Below, piece by piece: positions 1 through 9,300 of a stretch of 64,000 bases of DNA. Below the pieces are notes generated by a model, which ran no database searches, was not told the DNA's origin, and saw only the letters and a list, made by a program, of their open reading frames with translations. The DNA lies in the NCBI GenBank assembly GCA_964531275.1, contig CAZHDZ010000003.1, positions 33,208-97,207 of the forward strand, in the 5' to 3' direction. Source of the DNA: an uncultured Gammaproteobacteria bacterium. GTDB lineage: Bacteria; Patescibacteriota; Microgenomatia; Levybacterales; GWA1-39-11. How positions within the stretch are numbered: the first letter of the stretch is position 1; the number at the start of each line of letters is the position of its first letter. A program made the translations under genes and the position numbers.

Positions 1-333
1 GTAAGGCCTCTTATCTCTATTGGAGATCCTAAATTAATGCTTGCCGCATTTAAAAAGATACTTGTAGAGGGGATAAGCGTTAGAGGTGCTGAGGATGTAG
101 CAAGACAAGTTAAAGCTGAAATACAAAAGAAAGAGCCTCAGAAGAAGAGCGATAAGATTTATATTCCAGAGCAGGATGAAATGGCCAAGACTTTAGGTGA
201 AAAATATGGCTGGAACGTAAAATTTGATCAGTCCAGAGCCTTAGGTAAAATAGTTATTACCATAAAAGGTTCTGAGGATAGAACAGGCGAAGAGTTAAAA
301 AGAATTTATTCTAGACTATTAGAGATCGAGTAA
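1..333 (+). CDS. parB: ParB/Spo0J chromosome partitioning protein, C-terminal part (5' truncated by window edge)
   Basis: Frame is open from base 1 (VRPLISIGDPKLMLAAFKKILVEGISVRGAEDVARQ...GKIVITIKG..EELKRI). This resembles the ParB post-HTH 'LSVR.AE' helix and the C-terminal dimerisation domain. Confidence 0.75.
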   Translation, partial: VRPLISIGDPKLMLAAFKKILVEGISVRGAEDVARQVKAEIQKKEPQKKSDKIYIPEQDEMAKTLGEKYGWNVKFDQSRALGKIVITIKGSEDRTGEELKRIYSRLLEIE

Positions 334-342
334 TACCCTCTG

Positions 343-362
343 TGGGGCTTAAAATCGCCCCA
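343..362 (+). terminator. Possible weak terminator hairpin after parB
   Basis: TGGGGC-ttaaaatc-GCCCCA, 10 nt after the stop; the T-run is not immediately adjacent. Confidence 0.3.
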
Positions 363-443
363 AAATGCGCTTTTTTCTTCAAATCTGCATGAGAATCCTT
401 CTTAGTACTTTCTATTGATCAAAAACGCAGATTTATTCGCCTT

Positions 444-562
444 GCCTAGCGTAGCCAAGCTTTGCTTAGCGCAGCCAAGCTCTGCTTATCTTGAAGCTCT
501 GCTTAGCGTAGCCAAGCTCTGCTTAGCGCAGCCAAGCTCTGCTTATCTTGAAGCTCCGCTTA
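444..562. repeat. Tandem hairpin-repeat array 1 (57-bp higher-order unit of 20+20+17 bp, two copies)
   Basis: Units GCYTAGCGTAGCCAAGCTYT / GCTTAGCGCAGCCAAGCTCT / GCTTATCTTGAAGCTCY occur twice. The array runs into the lepB stop codon. Confidence 0.95.
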
Positions 563-1120
563 TATTTCGGTGTGTCTGACCACCCTCATGTGATTTAGGG
601 GCCAATACACGAAGAAGGATTTACCAATTACAGCCTGTTTTGTTACAAATCCCCATTCTCTTGAATCAGAGCTAAATTCTCTATTATCTCCCATCGTAAA
701 GTATTGACCTTCTGGAACCACGACTTCATCACCTTCTCCTAAAAAAGAACCACTATTTGTTCTGACTGTAGCAGGAAGAAATGATGATTGATCAACTTTA
801 GTTCCATTAACATAAACTTGTCCTTCTAATATTTTGACCCTATCGCCGGGTAGTCCTATAATTCTTTTAATATAATCTTTTTCTTTGTCTGGGGGAGCAT
901 GAAATACAATAATGTCACCTCTCTTGAGTTCTTCAAGACGAAGGGACACAAGATTTGTTAATACATATTCTCCATTTTGAAACGTAGGATCCATGGAATG
1001 GCCATTTACTTGATAGGGTCTGAAAAGAAAAGCATAGATAACGACAAAAATTGCTCCCGCTATCACGAGTGTCTGAATTAGATCGAAAATTATGTAGTAA
1101 AATTTTCTGAAAAGTTCCAT
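560..1120 (-). CDS. lepB: Signal peptidase I
   Basis: N-terminal TM, GHSMDPT (catalytic Ser), YIKRIIGLPGD (catalytic Lys), GDNREFSSDSR.WG. Confidence 0.97.
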   Translation of the reverse strand: MELFRKFYYIIFDLIQTLVIAGAIFVVIYAFLFRPYQVNGHSMDPTFQNGEYVLTNLVSLRLEELKRGDIIVFHAPPDKEKDYIKRIIGLPGDRVKILEGQVYVNGTKVDQSSFLPATVRTNSGSFLGEGDEVVVPEGQYFTMGDNREFSSDSREWGFVTKQAVIGKSFFVYWPLNHMRVVRHTEI

Positions 1121-1225
1121 TTTTTATTAATATGTTATTCCAATTGTGGGACGCTAAGCATTTTTTGTCAATTTAGTAATATGTTTTCTGTTACAATACT
1201 AAAAATCAATTGCCCTAAAGCCATT

Positions 1226-1252
1226 TTGTCACTCGCTATAGTAGAGTGCTAA
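1226..1252. promoter_or_regulatory. CIRCE-like (HrcA operator) inverted repeat
   Basis: Minus strand reads TTAGCACTC-N9-GAGTGACAA against the consensus TTAGCACTC-N9-GAGTGCTAA (2 mismatches, exact 9-nt spacer). Confidence 0.65.
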
Positions 1253-1337
1253 ATTGAATCTGGATTTAAAATGGCCCGTCAAATCAATCCAAAGTGAAAT
1301 ATTTTAAGTATATCGAACTAGTATTAAATATATCAAA

Positions 1338-2363
1338 TTGAAACAGAAGCAAACAATCCTTTTCTTAACTAGATTATACCACCCACACATAGGAGGTGTC
1401 GAGAAGCACGTCTACATGGTTGCTCAGTCACTTTTAAATAGGGGCTATAAGGTTGTTGTTGTTACTGAGCAATTTGACTCAAGGCTTCCTCTTACTGAAG
1501 TAGCAGACAATGTTATCATTCATCGCATTCCGATAGCTAAAAAGGAAAAGCTTAAGAAATTTTGGATTTGGAGTTGGGTCATTATGAATAGGGATGTCTT
1601 TTTTAAAGCGCGTGTTATACATGTTCATGACGTTTTTTTCTGGCTTTTGCCCCTTAGGCCCTTCCTCTCTAAAAGGAATATATTTACAACCTTTCATGGT
1701 TATGAAGATTATCCTATAAAACGACGTTGGATCATTATGAGAAAGATAATTGAGAAATTATCTTATGGCACAATTTGCATTGGAGACTTCATGAAAAAAT
1801 GGTATAAGTCTTCTCCTAGCTACGTAAGTTATGGCGCCGTAGAAATGGCAAAAGCTAATGTAGATTACACAGATTCATCAGCGATATTTTTTGGTAGGCT
1901 TGAGCAACAGACAGGCATTCTAGAATACATATCAGCCTATAAAATTATAAAAAAGAAACATCCCAGGTTTAAATTGACGGTGATAGGTGATGGTCCTTTA
2001 AGAGAGATGCTCCCGAAAGGCGTAATTCATATGGGTTTTGAGGCTAATATTGAAAAATTCATAGCACCACACCGATTTATATTTGTTTCTCGTTATCTGT
2101 CAATGTTTGAGGCTATTATTCAAAAAAAAGAAGTTGTAGCAGTATTTTCTGACCCTGTGAAAAAGGATTATTTGGAAATGTCTCCTTTTAAGGATTATGT
2201 ATTCATTACTAAAAGCCCTGCTGAGATTGCTAAATATGTCGATATGAGTCTAAAAGAAGGTCAAAATAGAAAATTAATTGAAGATGCATATGTATGGGCA
2301 AGGCAGAATACGTGGAGAAAATTAGTTAATACCTACCTCAATCTATGGGGAATTGCTAAATAG
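1338..2363 (+). CDS. GT4-family glycosyltransferase
   Basis: YHPHIGGVEKH N-terminal motif, IHVHD, TFHG, FFGRL, IGDGPL. Confidence 0.85.
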   Translation: MKQKQTILFLTRLYHPHIGGVEKHVYMVAQSLLNRGYKVVVVTEQFDSRLPLTEVADNVIIHRIPIAKKEKLKKFWIWSWVIMNRDVFFKARVIHVHDVFFWLLPLRPFLSKRNIFTTFHGYEDYPIKRRWIIMRKIIEKLSYGTICIGDFMKKWYKSSPSYVSYGAVEMAKANVDYTDSSAIFFGRLEQQTGILEYISAYKIIKKKHPRFKLTVIGDGPLREMLPKGVIHMGFEANIEKFIAPHRFIFVSRYLSMFEAIIQKKEVVAVFSDPVKKDYLEMSPFKDYVFITKSPAEIAKYVDMSLKEGQNRKLIEDAYVWARQNTWRKLVNTYLNLWGIAK

Positions 2364-4078
2364 GCAACTACAAGTATAAGTCCGAGGATGCTGAGAATAT
2401 TTGCAAAGGTAACTATTGGGGTAGCCTCAAAAGAGAGAAGTGCGTCATACGTACCAGGGGAAAGTGAAAAACGAATTTTATTGGACTTTTGAGCATCGAT
2501 GAAGCTAAAAGGATAGTTTTTTCCATTTATGTATAGATTCCATCCCGGAAAATAATACGTATTCTCAACGAATTCAGATTTTTGTACCACATTGAGCCTA
2601 TATTTATGCCTTGTTGGCGTTTTTGAGAGCACACTAATGGTTGATTGACCGTTTACTACTTCAAGGGAGCTTTCAGGTGGAATTTTTTCCCATATATTGT
2701 TTATGTCTCTACTTATTGGAGCTGCAGGTTGTAGGCCTTCAGCCTCAGCTGTAGCAAGAGGTGCGTGATGCATGAGGTAGGAATCATTAATATCGGGAAG
2801 CATAGCTCTTGTTCCCCAATTGAGAATTGTAGAAAGCATGGCAATTGTGGCTATTCCATAAATAATTTTAGGTTTTCTTACCTTGTTGATCGATATTGCT
2901 CCAATTATGGCTAAAACAAACGCAACTGGTAGCATCATACGATAGGAAAATTGGAAATTAGTTAAAAAGGGAATTGTTTTCCAAACAAATTCAGAAAATG
3001 GAAAAAGGAGAAATAGCAGAAAAGTAAATATAGTAAGAAGAATTATGGATGTTTTTTTAAGTTTCTTTTCTATTTTGCCTCGAAATAGTGAAATTAGCAA
3101 AAATACCAGTAGCGCCAGTTGTACAAATCCCATAGGAAAAGAGAGTTGGCCGATTGGACCCTGATAAAGAAAGCCCATTCTCCAAGGCGAGATAAAATAA
3201 AGAGTGGGATTCTCAAAAGATATATGTTTTGAGAATTCGACTTGTAAGGTATGCGCAGTTCCCTCAACTACGGGTAGCCAGTAAAAACTAGTAGCAAGAA
3301 ATGCACAAAAGAGAGATATGTATATAGGTATTACCTTCCAAGCCTCTTTTTTCCAAAAAGTACCTGATAAGCCTTTCAGCCTAATTAATATGAAAAGAGG
3401 GAATAGTATTATGAATGGAGTTGCTATAAGCGTAATCGCTTGATGCGAAAGCACTAGGCAGGAGTAAGTAAAGAATAGAAGGGCGACATATCGTTTTATG
3501 GGTCTACTAGATATTCTTAACATCGAATAAAATATCAAAGGAAGGAAAGCAAAAGCAAACAGCTCTCCAAGCGCAACACGAAAATGCAAATCAACTAAGT
3601 GATATGGAGCAAACAAATATAAGATAGCACCCAACGCGCTGCTATTTTTATTTAAGAATTGTTTTAGGAGAAGATACATTCCAACTCCTGAAAGTACAAA
3701 AACTAAGGCTATAGAAAATTTTTCAGAGGCTATAAATGATATTCCAATAAATTTAGGAATTGCAATTGCATAGTATGGAAGTGGATATGTAAAGAGAAAC
3801 AACGGGTATCCATATGTTGCATTTAGTATCGAAGCCCAGTGAACAGGGAAAATTCCGAACGAAAGAGAATTCCAAAGATCATATGCCTTAGCTATATTTA
3901 TTGCAAAGTCACCACTTTGGTGTACGCCTCTTTTAAGTAGTGAAAGTAAGGGTAGTAAAGATGCAAGTAATACGAAATAAAAACTAAACTTTTCTCTTCT
4001 TCTAATAAAAAAAATCGTTATTAAGAAAATAAGAAACGCAATAAGGCTTGTTGTAACCAGTTTTTGAGGGTCTAACAT
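2333..4078 (-). CDS. Polytopic GT-C-like membrane protein (PTPS-related/YfhO-like)
   Basis: YGYPLFLFTYPLPYY, LYLFAPYHL.D...R.ALGE, QFSYR, and a C-terminal YYFPGW..YING domain. Confidence 0.75.
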   Translation of the reverse strand: MLDPQKLVTTSLIAFLIFLITIFFIRRREKFSFYFVLLASLLPLLSLLKRGVHQSGDFAINIAKAYDLWNSLSFGIFPVHWASILNATYGYPLFLFTYPLPYYAIAIPKFIGISFIASEKFSIALVFVLSGVGMYLLLKQFLNKNSSALGAILYLFAPYHLVDLHFRVALGELFAFAFLPLIFYSMLRISSRPIKRYVALLFFTYSCLVLSHQAITLIATPFIILFPLFILIRLKGLSGTFWKKEAWKVIPIYISLFCAFLATSFYWLPVVEGTAHTLQVEFSKHISFENPTLYFISPWRMGFLYQGPIGQLSFPMGFVQLALLVFLLISLFRGKIEKKLKKTSIILLTIFTFLLFLLFPFSEFVWKTIPFLTNFQFSYRMMLPVAFVLAIIGAISINKVRKPKIIYGIATIAMLSTILNWGTRAMLPDINDSYLMHHAPLATAEAEGLQPAAPISRDINNIWEKIPPESSLEVVNGQSTISVLSKTPTRHKYRLNVVQKSEFVENTYYFPGWNLYINGKNYPFSFIDAQKSNKIRFSLSPGTYDALLSFEATPIVTFANILSILGLILVVAYLAIPHRLR

Positions 4079-4105
4079 TGGTGGTATTATATACTAACAA
4101 AATTT

Positions 4106-5032
4106 ATGAAGGCCGCACTTATTACAACAGTACTTAATGAAGAAGATTCTATTGGAAAATTTTTGGATTCCATTGTTTCCCAAACGCTAATTCCATCCGA
4201 AATAATTATCGTTGATGCCGGCTCGAAGGATAACACGATTTCTATAATTAAAAAATACTCCAAAAAACTTCCTCTAAAACTGTTTATACATAAAGGTAAC
4301 CGTTCTACCGGAAGAAATTTTGCGATTAAAAAGACAACGAGTGAATATATTGCTGTAACTGATGTTGGATGTACTCTTGATAAATTTTGGTTTGAGAGAA
4401 TTACTACTCCCCTTGCTAATAATTGTGATGTTGTCGCAGGTTTTTATAAGCCAATAACGCTCAATGTTTTTGAAAAATCATTAGCCACTTATACCTGTGT
4501 GCCAATTGATAAAGTAACACAAGATTTTCTTCCCTCATCTCGTTCTGTCTCTTTTTCAAAAAAAGCATGGACTAAAGTGGGTGGTTATCCGGAGCATCTT
4601 GATACTTGTGAGGATTTGGTTTTCGCGTCGGCGTTAAAAGCAGCAGGATTGAGATTTTCAGTAGCCAAGAACGCTCTTGTGTATTGGCAGCAGCGGAAAA
4701 ACATCATTGAGGCTTCTTGGCAATTTTATAGTTATGCGCTTGGTGATGGAATGGCAGGATACTATAGAATCCAAACCCCGTTTCTTTTTGGTAGATATAT
4801 TTTATTGGCCATAATATTATTGGCTTTTGCACATGTAAAAGATGTGATGATATTTTGGATAATTTGTCTATTAGCCGTTGGATATCTATCTTGGTCAATT
4901 AAAAAAAATTATAGGTATGTTAGGCATCCATACGCTTTTGTGTATCTGCCAATACTGCAAGTTACGTCAGATATTTTTGTTATTGCAGGTACTACTAATG
5001 GGACTCTCAAGAGGATTTTGAAAGCGATTTAA
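4106..5032 (+). CDS. GT2-family glycosyltransferase with C-terminal TM helices
   Basis: TTVLNEE, IIIVDAGSKDNT, GRN, TDVG (degenerate DxD), GGYPE..CEDL. Confidence 0.9.
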   Translation: MKAALITTVLNEEDSIGKFLDSIVSQTLIPSEIIIVDAGSKDNTISIIKKYSKKLPLKLFIHKGNRSTGRNFAIKKTTSEYIAVTDVGCTLDKFWFERITTPLANNCDVVAGFYKPITLNVFEKSLATYTCVPIDKVTQDFLPSSRSVSFSKKAWTKVGGYPEHLDTCEDLVFASALKAAGLRFSVAKNALVYWQQRKNIIEASWQFYSYALGDGMAGYYRIQTPFLFGRYILLAIILLAFAHVKDVMIFWIICLLAVGYLSWSIKKNYRYVRHPYAFVYLPILQVTSDIFVIAGTTNGTLKRILKAI

Positions 5033-5855
5033 TATTTTTCATAGTGCAGATAAATGCCCATCCGAAAAGTATATTAAGCGGAAAATATTTGGAGAAAGGA
5101 TAAAGGGCACTTATAAGATTATATAAAGCATGCTTAGTACTTTTCTTATTCTTTATGTATCCCACTTTTGTTTTTATGGTTCCAGCAAAACCATACTCAT
5201 TAAAAAGGCTTTTTAAATAGAAAAATGTTGGTTCATTAATATGTTGTATATGTTCTGCATCTGTACGCGGATCTTTAGGGAGTGCATCATAGATTTTGTT
5301 AAAAAAAATTCGATCAAAAGCACGAATAATATTATTTATGGGTCTTATATACATCGGGTATGTATAGTTATGTAGAATTTTATTGGTTCCGGTATGAGCA
5401 AAGAATATCCCATTTGGCTTTAGGACTCTTTTTACTTCTTGCATCATTTTTTTCATTTCCTGCTTGTTGAGATGCTCTATAACATCTAGTGCTATAACCT
5501 TGTCGAAGAAATTGTCATCAAAATCAAGCTTCGTAGCATTCATCTCATAAAATTCTATTTTCTTTTTAATAGTATCGGGGAAAGTTTTCTTTGCTCTATT
5601 TGCAAGGGTAATGCCATCTTTTGAATAATCAATTCCAATAGCCATTTTTGCTCTTTTGCCTAAATTAATTGTTATATCGCCTCGGCCACATCCAATATCA
5701 AGAATAGTGTCGTTTTTTCGTACATCAATTATGGATAGTAGCTCCTTAACCTCTCCAGCAAGATTTTTTCCATGCGTTTGGTTAAATTCAGATGAGCCTA
5801 GGCAAACTTTCGTGTAGTAGTCTTTGTCATATACAGTTGAGGGAATGGTTTTCAT
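5007..5855 (-). CDS. Class I SAM-dependent methyltransferase
   Basis: ILDIGCGRG, GIDYS, FDKV...DVIEHL, RVLKPNG. Confidence 0.9.
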   Translation of the reverse strand: MKTIPSTVYDKDYYTKVCLGSSEFNQTHGKNLAGEVKELLSIIDVRKNDTILDIGCGRGDITINLGKRAKMAIGIDYSKDGITLANRAKKTFPDTIKKKIEFYEMNATKLDFDDNFFDKVIALDVIEHLNKQEMKKMMQEVKRVLKPNGIFFAHTGTNKILHNYTYPMYIRPINNIIRAFDRIFFNKIYDALPKDPRTDAEHIQHINEPTFFYLKSLFNEYGFAGTIKTKVGYIKNKKSTKHALYNLISALYPFSKYFPLNILFGWAFICTMKNIKSLSKSS

Positions 5856-7072
5856 TTAGAAAATAGTTTAAATAATCTGTAGAGATAATAAGGAGTAATT
5901 ATTACATAAGAAATTGTAATTGCGCTAGCAGCACCGGTTATTTGAAATGTAAAGACAGACGGAATTATTAAGATAAGGAGAACAACTAAATGAATAAAAT
6001 TAACCTTGGCTAAAGTGTGTGGTATGCCAACGGATAAAAATAATGGACCTATTGGGCCAATAGAGGCTCTTAGAAATCCATATATTGCAAGTATTCTCAG
6101 AACACCTGAAGCATCTACCCATTTCGGTCCAAAAAGGATAGTAATTATTTCTTTAGGAAAAAGCAGCAGGGGAATGTTTATGAGTAAGGCAAAGATTGTC
6201 GTAAAGAGTATATGTTTTAGGAACAGTCTTTTTAAGCGTTTTTTATCTGTGTGAATTTTTGAGTATACAGGAAACATTATTTGCGACAGGACATTTGTTA
6301 TTTCATTAAAGGCCGTTGAGCCTGTTTTAAAAGCAAGATCATAAAGGCCAAGTGATGTAGGCCCTAAGATTTTTCCAACAACAATAGTGTCCAGTTGCGT
6401 TGTAAGATACGTTGATAATCCACCTGCTGTTATCCATTTTCCGTACGAAACTAGTTTTTTAAAGTACTTTTTGCTGAAAGGCTTTGAAAAATCACGAGTT
6501 GTCATTGCATACGATGTTATTAGTTCTGCTACAGTGCCAAGTAAAAGACCCATAACAAGCGCTAGCGAACTCTTGAAATAGAATGACAGTAGGATTGTTG
6601 AAAAAGTAAGAACCGCAACAGGAATTAAGCGGAAAATAAATTCTTTTTCGAATTTTAAATCTTTTTGAAAGCCTATTACATAGGGGTTCTGTAAACCTTT
6701 CAATATAGGTATTAACGCTGCAATTAGCAGAAGACCAGTAATAGAAGAATTTTGGAAAAAGGTCGCTACGAAAGGAATGGATATGATTGTTGCCAAACTT
6801 AGGAGCATTCCTCTAAGCATTGTTACCATGAGAAATGTTTTTGCTATTTTTTTCATGTCAATCTGCATATGAATTACGGCATATGAAAATCCTAGATCTG
6901 TTACTGTGTCAAATATTGTAATAATTGACACAACGATTGCGAAAGCTCCGAAGTCTGCAGGTGTTAACAATCTTGTTACTACAATTAACTTAAGTATTAC
7001 CAATCCTTGAGTGGCAATTCGAAGTGCCATCATCCAGGCAGTGCTTTTAAAAATTAGATTTCTGTAGCTCAT
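5852..7072 (-). CDS. wzx: Wzx/WzxC-type oligosaccharide flippase
   Basis: RLLTPADFG, D..VVGKILGP..LGLY..A, LFGPKW; about 12 TM segments. Confidence 0.88.
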   Translation of the reverse strand: MSYRNLIFKSTAWMMALRIATQGLVILKLIVVTRLLTPADFGAFAIVVSIITIFDTVTDLGFSYAVIHMQIDMKKIAKTFLMVTMLRGMLLSLATIISIPFVATFFQNSSITGLLLIAALIPILKGLQNPYVIGFQKDLKFEKEFIFRLIPVAVLTFSTILLSFYFKSSLALVMGLLLGTVAELITSYAMTTRDFSKPFSKKYFKKLVSYGKWITAGGLSTYLTTQLDTIVVGKILGPTSLGLYDLAFKTGSTAFNEITNVLSQIMFPVYSKIHTDKKRLKRLFLKHILFTTIFALLINIPLLLFPKEIITILFGPKWVDASGVLRILAIYGFLRASIGPIGPLFLSVGIPHTLAKVNFIHLVVLLILIIPSVFTFQITGAASAITISYVIITPYYLYRLFKLFSK

Positions 7073-7169
7073 ATTTCGATTATCTTGTATGCTAGTTTTA
7101 ATTGCAAATAAGGGCTAATTCGATCTGAATTTCATTTGAAATTAGTATATAATTACCCAATCAAAAGGC

Positions 7170-8198
7170 ATGAAAAAGACTGTATTAATCACTGGGGGAG
7201 CGGGTTTTATAGGTATTAATACGGCAGCATATTACATTAGGAAAAAATACAATGTCATACTTCTCGATAACCTTTCACGAAAAGGAGTGGAAAAGAATAT
7301 TAAGTGGCTGACCAAAACTCATAAAAATAATTTCAAACTGGTAAAGTACGATTTAAAAGATACTTCAAGAAAATTAGAAAACATAGTATCCAAAGCTGAC
7401 ATAATTTTTCATTTAGCTGGGCAAGTTGCAGTGACAACATCAGTTCTTGATCCCATGGCGGACTTTAGAGCAAATGCCGTTGGGACCATGAATATGCTTG
7501 AAGCAGCGCGAAAGAGTAAGAAAAATCCCATATTCATTTTTAGCTCGACAAATAAAGTCTATGGCGATTTAGAAAATATAAAAATTCAGGAAGAAAAGAC
7601 TAGATATTCTTTTAAGAATTTACCTAAGGGAATTAATGAGATGCAGGGATTAGATTTTCATTCTCCATACGGTTGTAGTAAGGGGGCGTCGGATCAGTAT
7701 GTTAGAGATTACAGCCGGATTTATGGAATGAGGACAGTAGTTTTTAGACAATCATGTATTTATGGTCCACATCAATACGGATTTGAAGATCAGGGATGGG
7801 TTGCCTGGTTCATGATTGCAGTTCATTTGAATAAAGAAATTACCATTTATGGCAATGGTAAGCAGGTTAGAGATTTATTGTATGTAGGCGATCTCATTGA
7901 AGCATATGATTTGGCAATACAGAATATAAAGACAACATCGGGGAGAGTTTATAACTTAGGAGGAGGATTAAAAAATTCAATATCGGTGTGGCTCGAATTC
8001 GGGCCAATTCTCCAAAAATTATTCAGGAAAGACATCACTATCAAGAAGGACAATCCAAGACCGGGTGACCAGTTCATATTTATTGCTGATACTAGTCGTG
8101 CAAAGAAAGATTTCGGATGGGTACCAAAAACCAATCTTCCTGCCGGCCTAAAAAAGCTGTTCACATGGATACAAGAAAATGAAAAAGAATTTAGTTAA
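7170..8198 (+). CDS. rfbE: CDP-paratose 2-epimerase (RfbE)-like NAD-dependent epimerase
   Basis: GGAGFIG, HLAGQVAVTTS, SSTNKVYGDL, SPYGCSKGA.DQYV.DY.RIYG, EDQGWVAWF, GKQVRDLL. Confidence 0.85.
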   Translation: MKKTVLITGGAGFIGINTAAYYIRKKYNVILLDNLSRKGVEKNIKWLTKTHKNNFKLVKYDLKDTSRKLENIVSKADIIFHLAGQVAVTTSVLDPMADFRANAVGTMNMLEAARKSKKNPIFIFSSTNKVYGDLENIKIQEEKTRYSFKNLPKGINEMQGLDFHSPYGCSKGASDQYVRDYSRIYGMRTVVFRQSCIYGPHQYGFEDQGWVAWFMIAVHLNKEITIYGNGKQVRDLLYVGDLIEAYDLAIQNIKTTSGRVYNLGGGLKNSISVWLEFGPILQKLFRKDITIKKDNPRPGDQFIFIADTSRAKKDFGWVPKTNLPAGLKKLFTWIQENEKEFS

Positions 8199-9300
8199 AA
8201 AACGTGTAGCTTTTTTCCATGAACTAGATAAGGGTGGAGCAAGGAGATCGTCCAACGAATTTTCAAAGAATATTCTACGCGAATTCGATGTTGACCTTTT
8301 TATTGTCGATGACAAACGTGATCATGCAGAAGATTTGTATTATTCAAAAGTGCACTTCTTCAAATTCAAGCCTAAATTGTGGAAAGGGAATGATTGGAAA
8401 ATAAGGCTCTATAAAGATACAATTGAGCTTATTCGATTGTATTTTCTCCATCGAAAAATTGCTAAGGTAATCAACAAAGAAGATTATGAAGCGGTATTTG
8501 TACTGCCGTCAAAATATACGCAGGCACCTTTTATTCTAAATTTTCTGGTAAAGCCCATTATATATTATTGTCAGGAGCCCTTACGTATGGTATACGAACC
8601 ATTATTTCAGGTAGGAAGAGAGGTAGGTATGGGTAGATATTATTACGAGAAGGTAAATAGATTCTTTCGAAAGCTCATTGATAAAAATAACATACAACAA
8701 GCAAACGTAATTCTTTCAAATTCCGACTATACAGGCAGAAATATCAAAAAATCATATGGGCTAAAAAGTAAGACAGTCTATATGGGTGTTGATGTCGATT
8801 TCTTTACCCCGCTTACGCGGGGCAAGAAGACATATGACATTCTTTACATTGGAGCATATGATAAATCAGAAAATTATGAATTTCTAAAAAAAGGACTTGA
8901 GGTATATGGTATAAAACCCGAAAAAGTTAGACTTGTTTTTAAAGAAAAGGAATGGATATCTAAAAATACTGGCATGAGAGACCTTTACAGGAGCGCAAAA
9001 ATTATAGTATGCCTAGGCTATAAAGAACCCTTTGGCCTGATGCCAATAGAGGCAATGTCGTGCGGGCTCCCGATTGTTGCACTAAATGACGGTGGATACA
9101 AAGAAACAGTTACTAAGCAAATAGGATATCTTGTAGATAAAAAAACTTCTCAGCTTGTTGAAGCCTTTAAAAAAGTCCTTAATGAAAATAATTACAAAAA
9201 AATGTCAAAGCAAGCTCGCGTAGAAGCCGAATCTCGTTGGTCCTGGAAACATTCCGGGGATGAACTAATAAAAATTATCAACTCAACTATTAAGTTATGA
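8179..9300 (+). CDS. GT4-family glycosyltransferase
   Basis: GGA N-terminal motif; YYCQEP; EPFGLMPIEAMSCGLP (EX7E). Confidence 0.9.
   Translation: MKKNLVKKRVAFFHELDKGGARRSSNEFSKNILREFDVDLFIVDDKRDHAEDLYYSKVHFFKFKPKLWKGNDWKIRLYKDTIELIRLYFLHRKIAKVINKEDYEAVFVLPSKYTQAPFILNFLVKPIIYYCQEPLRMVYEPLFQVGREVGMGRYYYEKVNRFFRKLIDKNNIQQANVILSNSDYTGRNIKKSYGLKSKTVYMGVDVDFFTPLTRGKKTYDILYIGAYDKSENYEFLKKGLEVYGIKPEKVRLVFKEKEWISKNTGMRDLYRSAKIIVCLGYKEPFGLMPIEAMSCGLPIVALNDGGYKETVTKQIGYLVDKKTSQLVEAFKKVLNENNYKKMSKQARVEAESRWSWKHSGDELIKIINSTIKL

Noticed and set aside
334-443. parS site next to parB
   Set aside because: No match to TGTTTCACGTGAAACA was found by eye.
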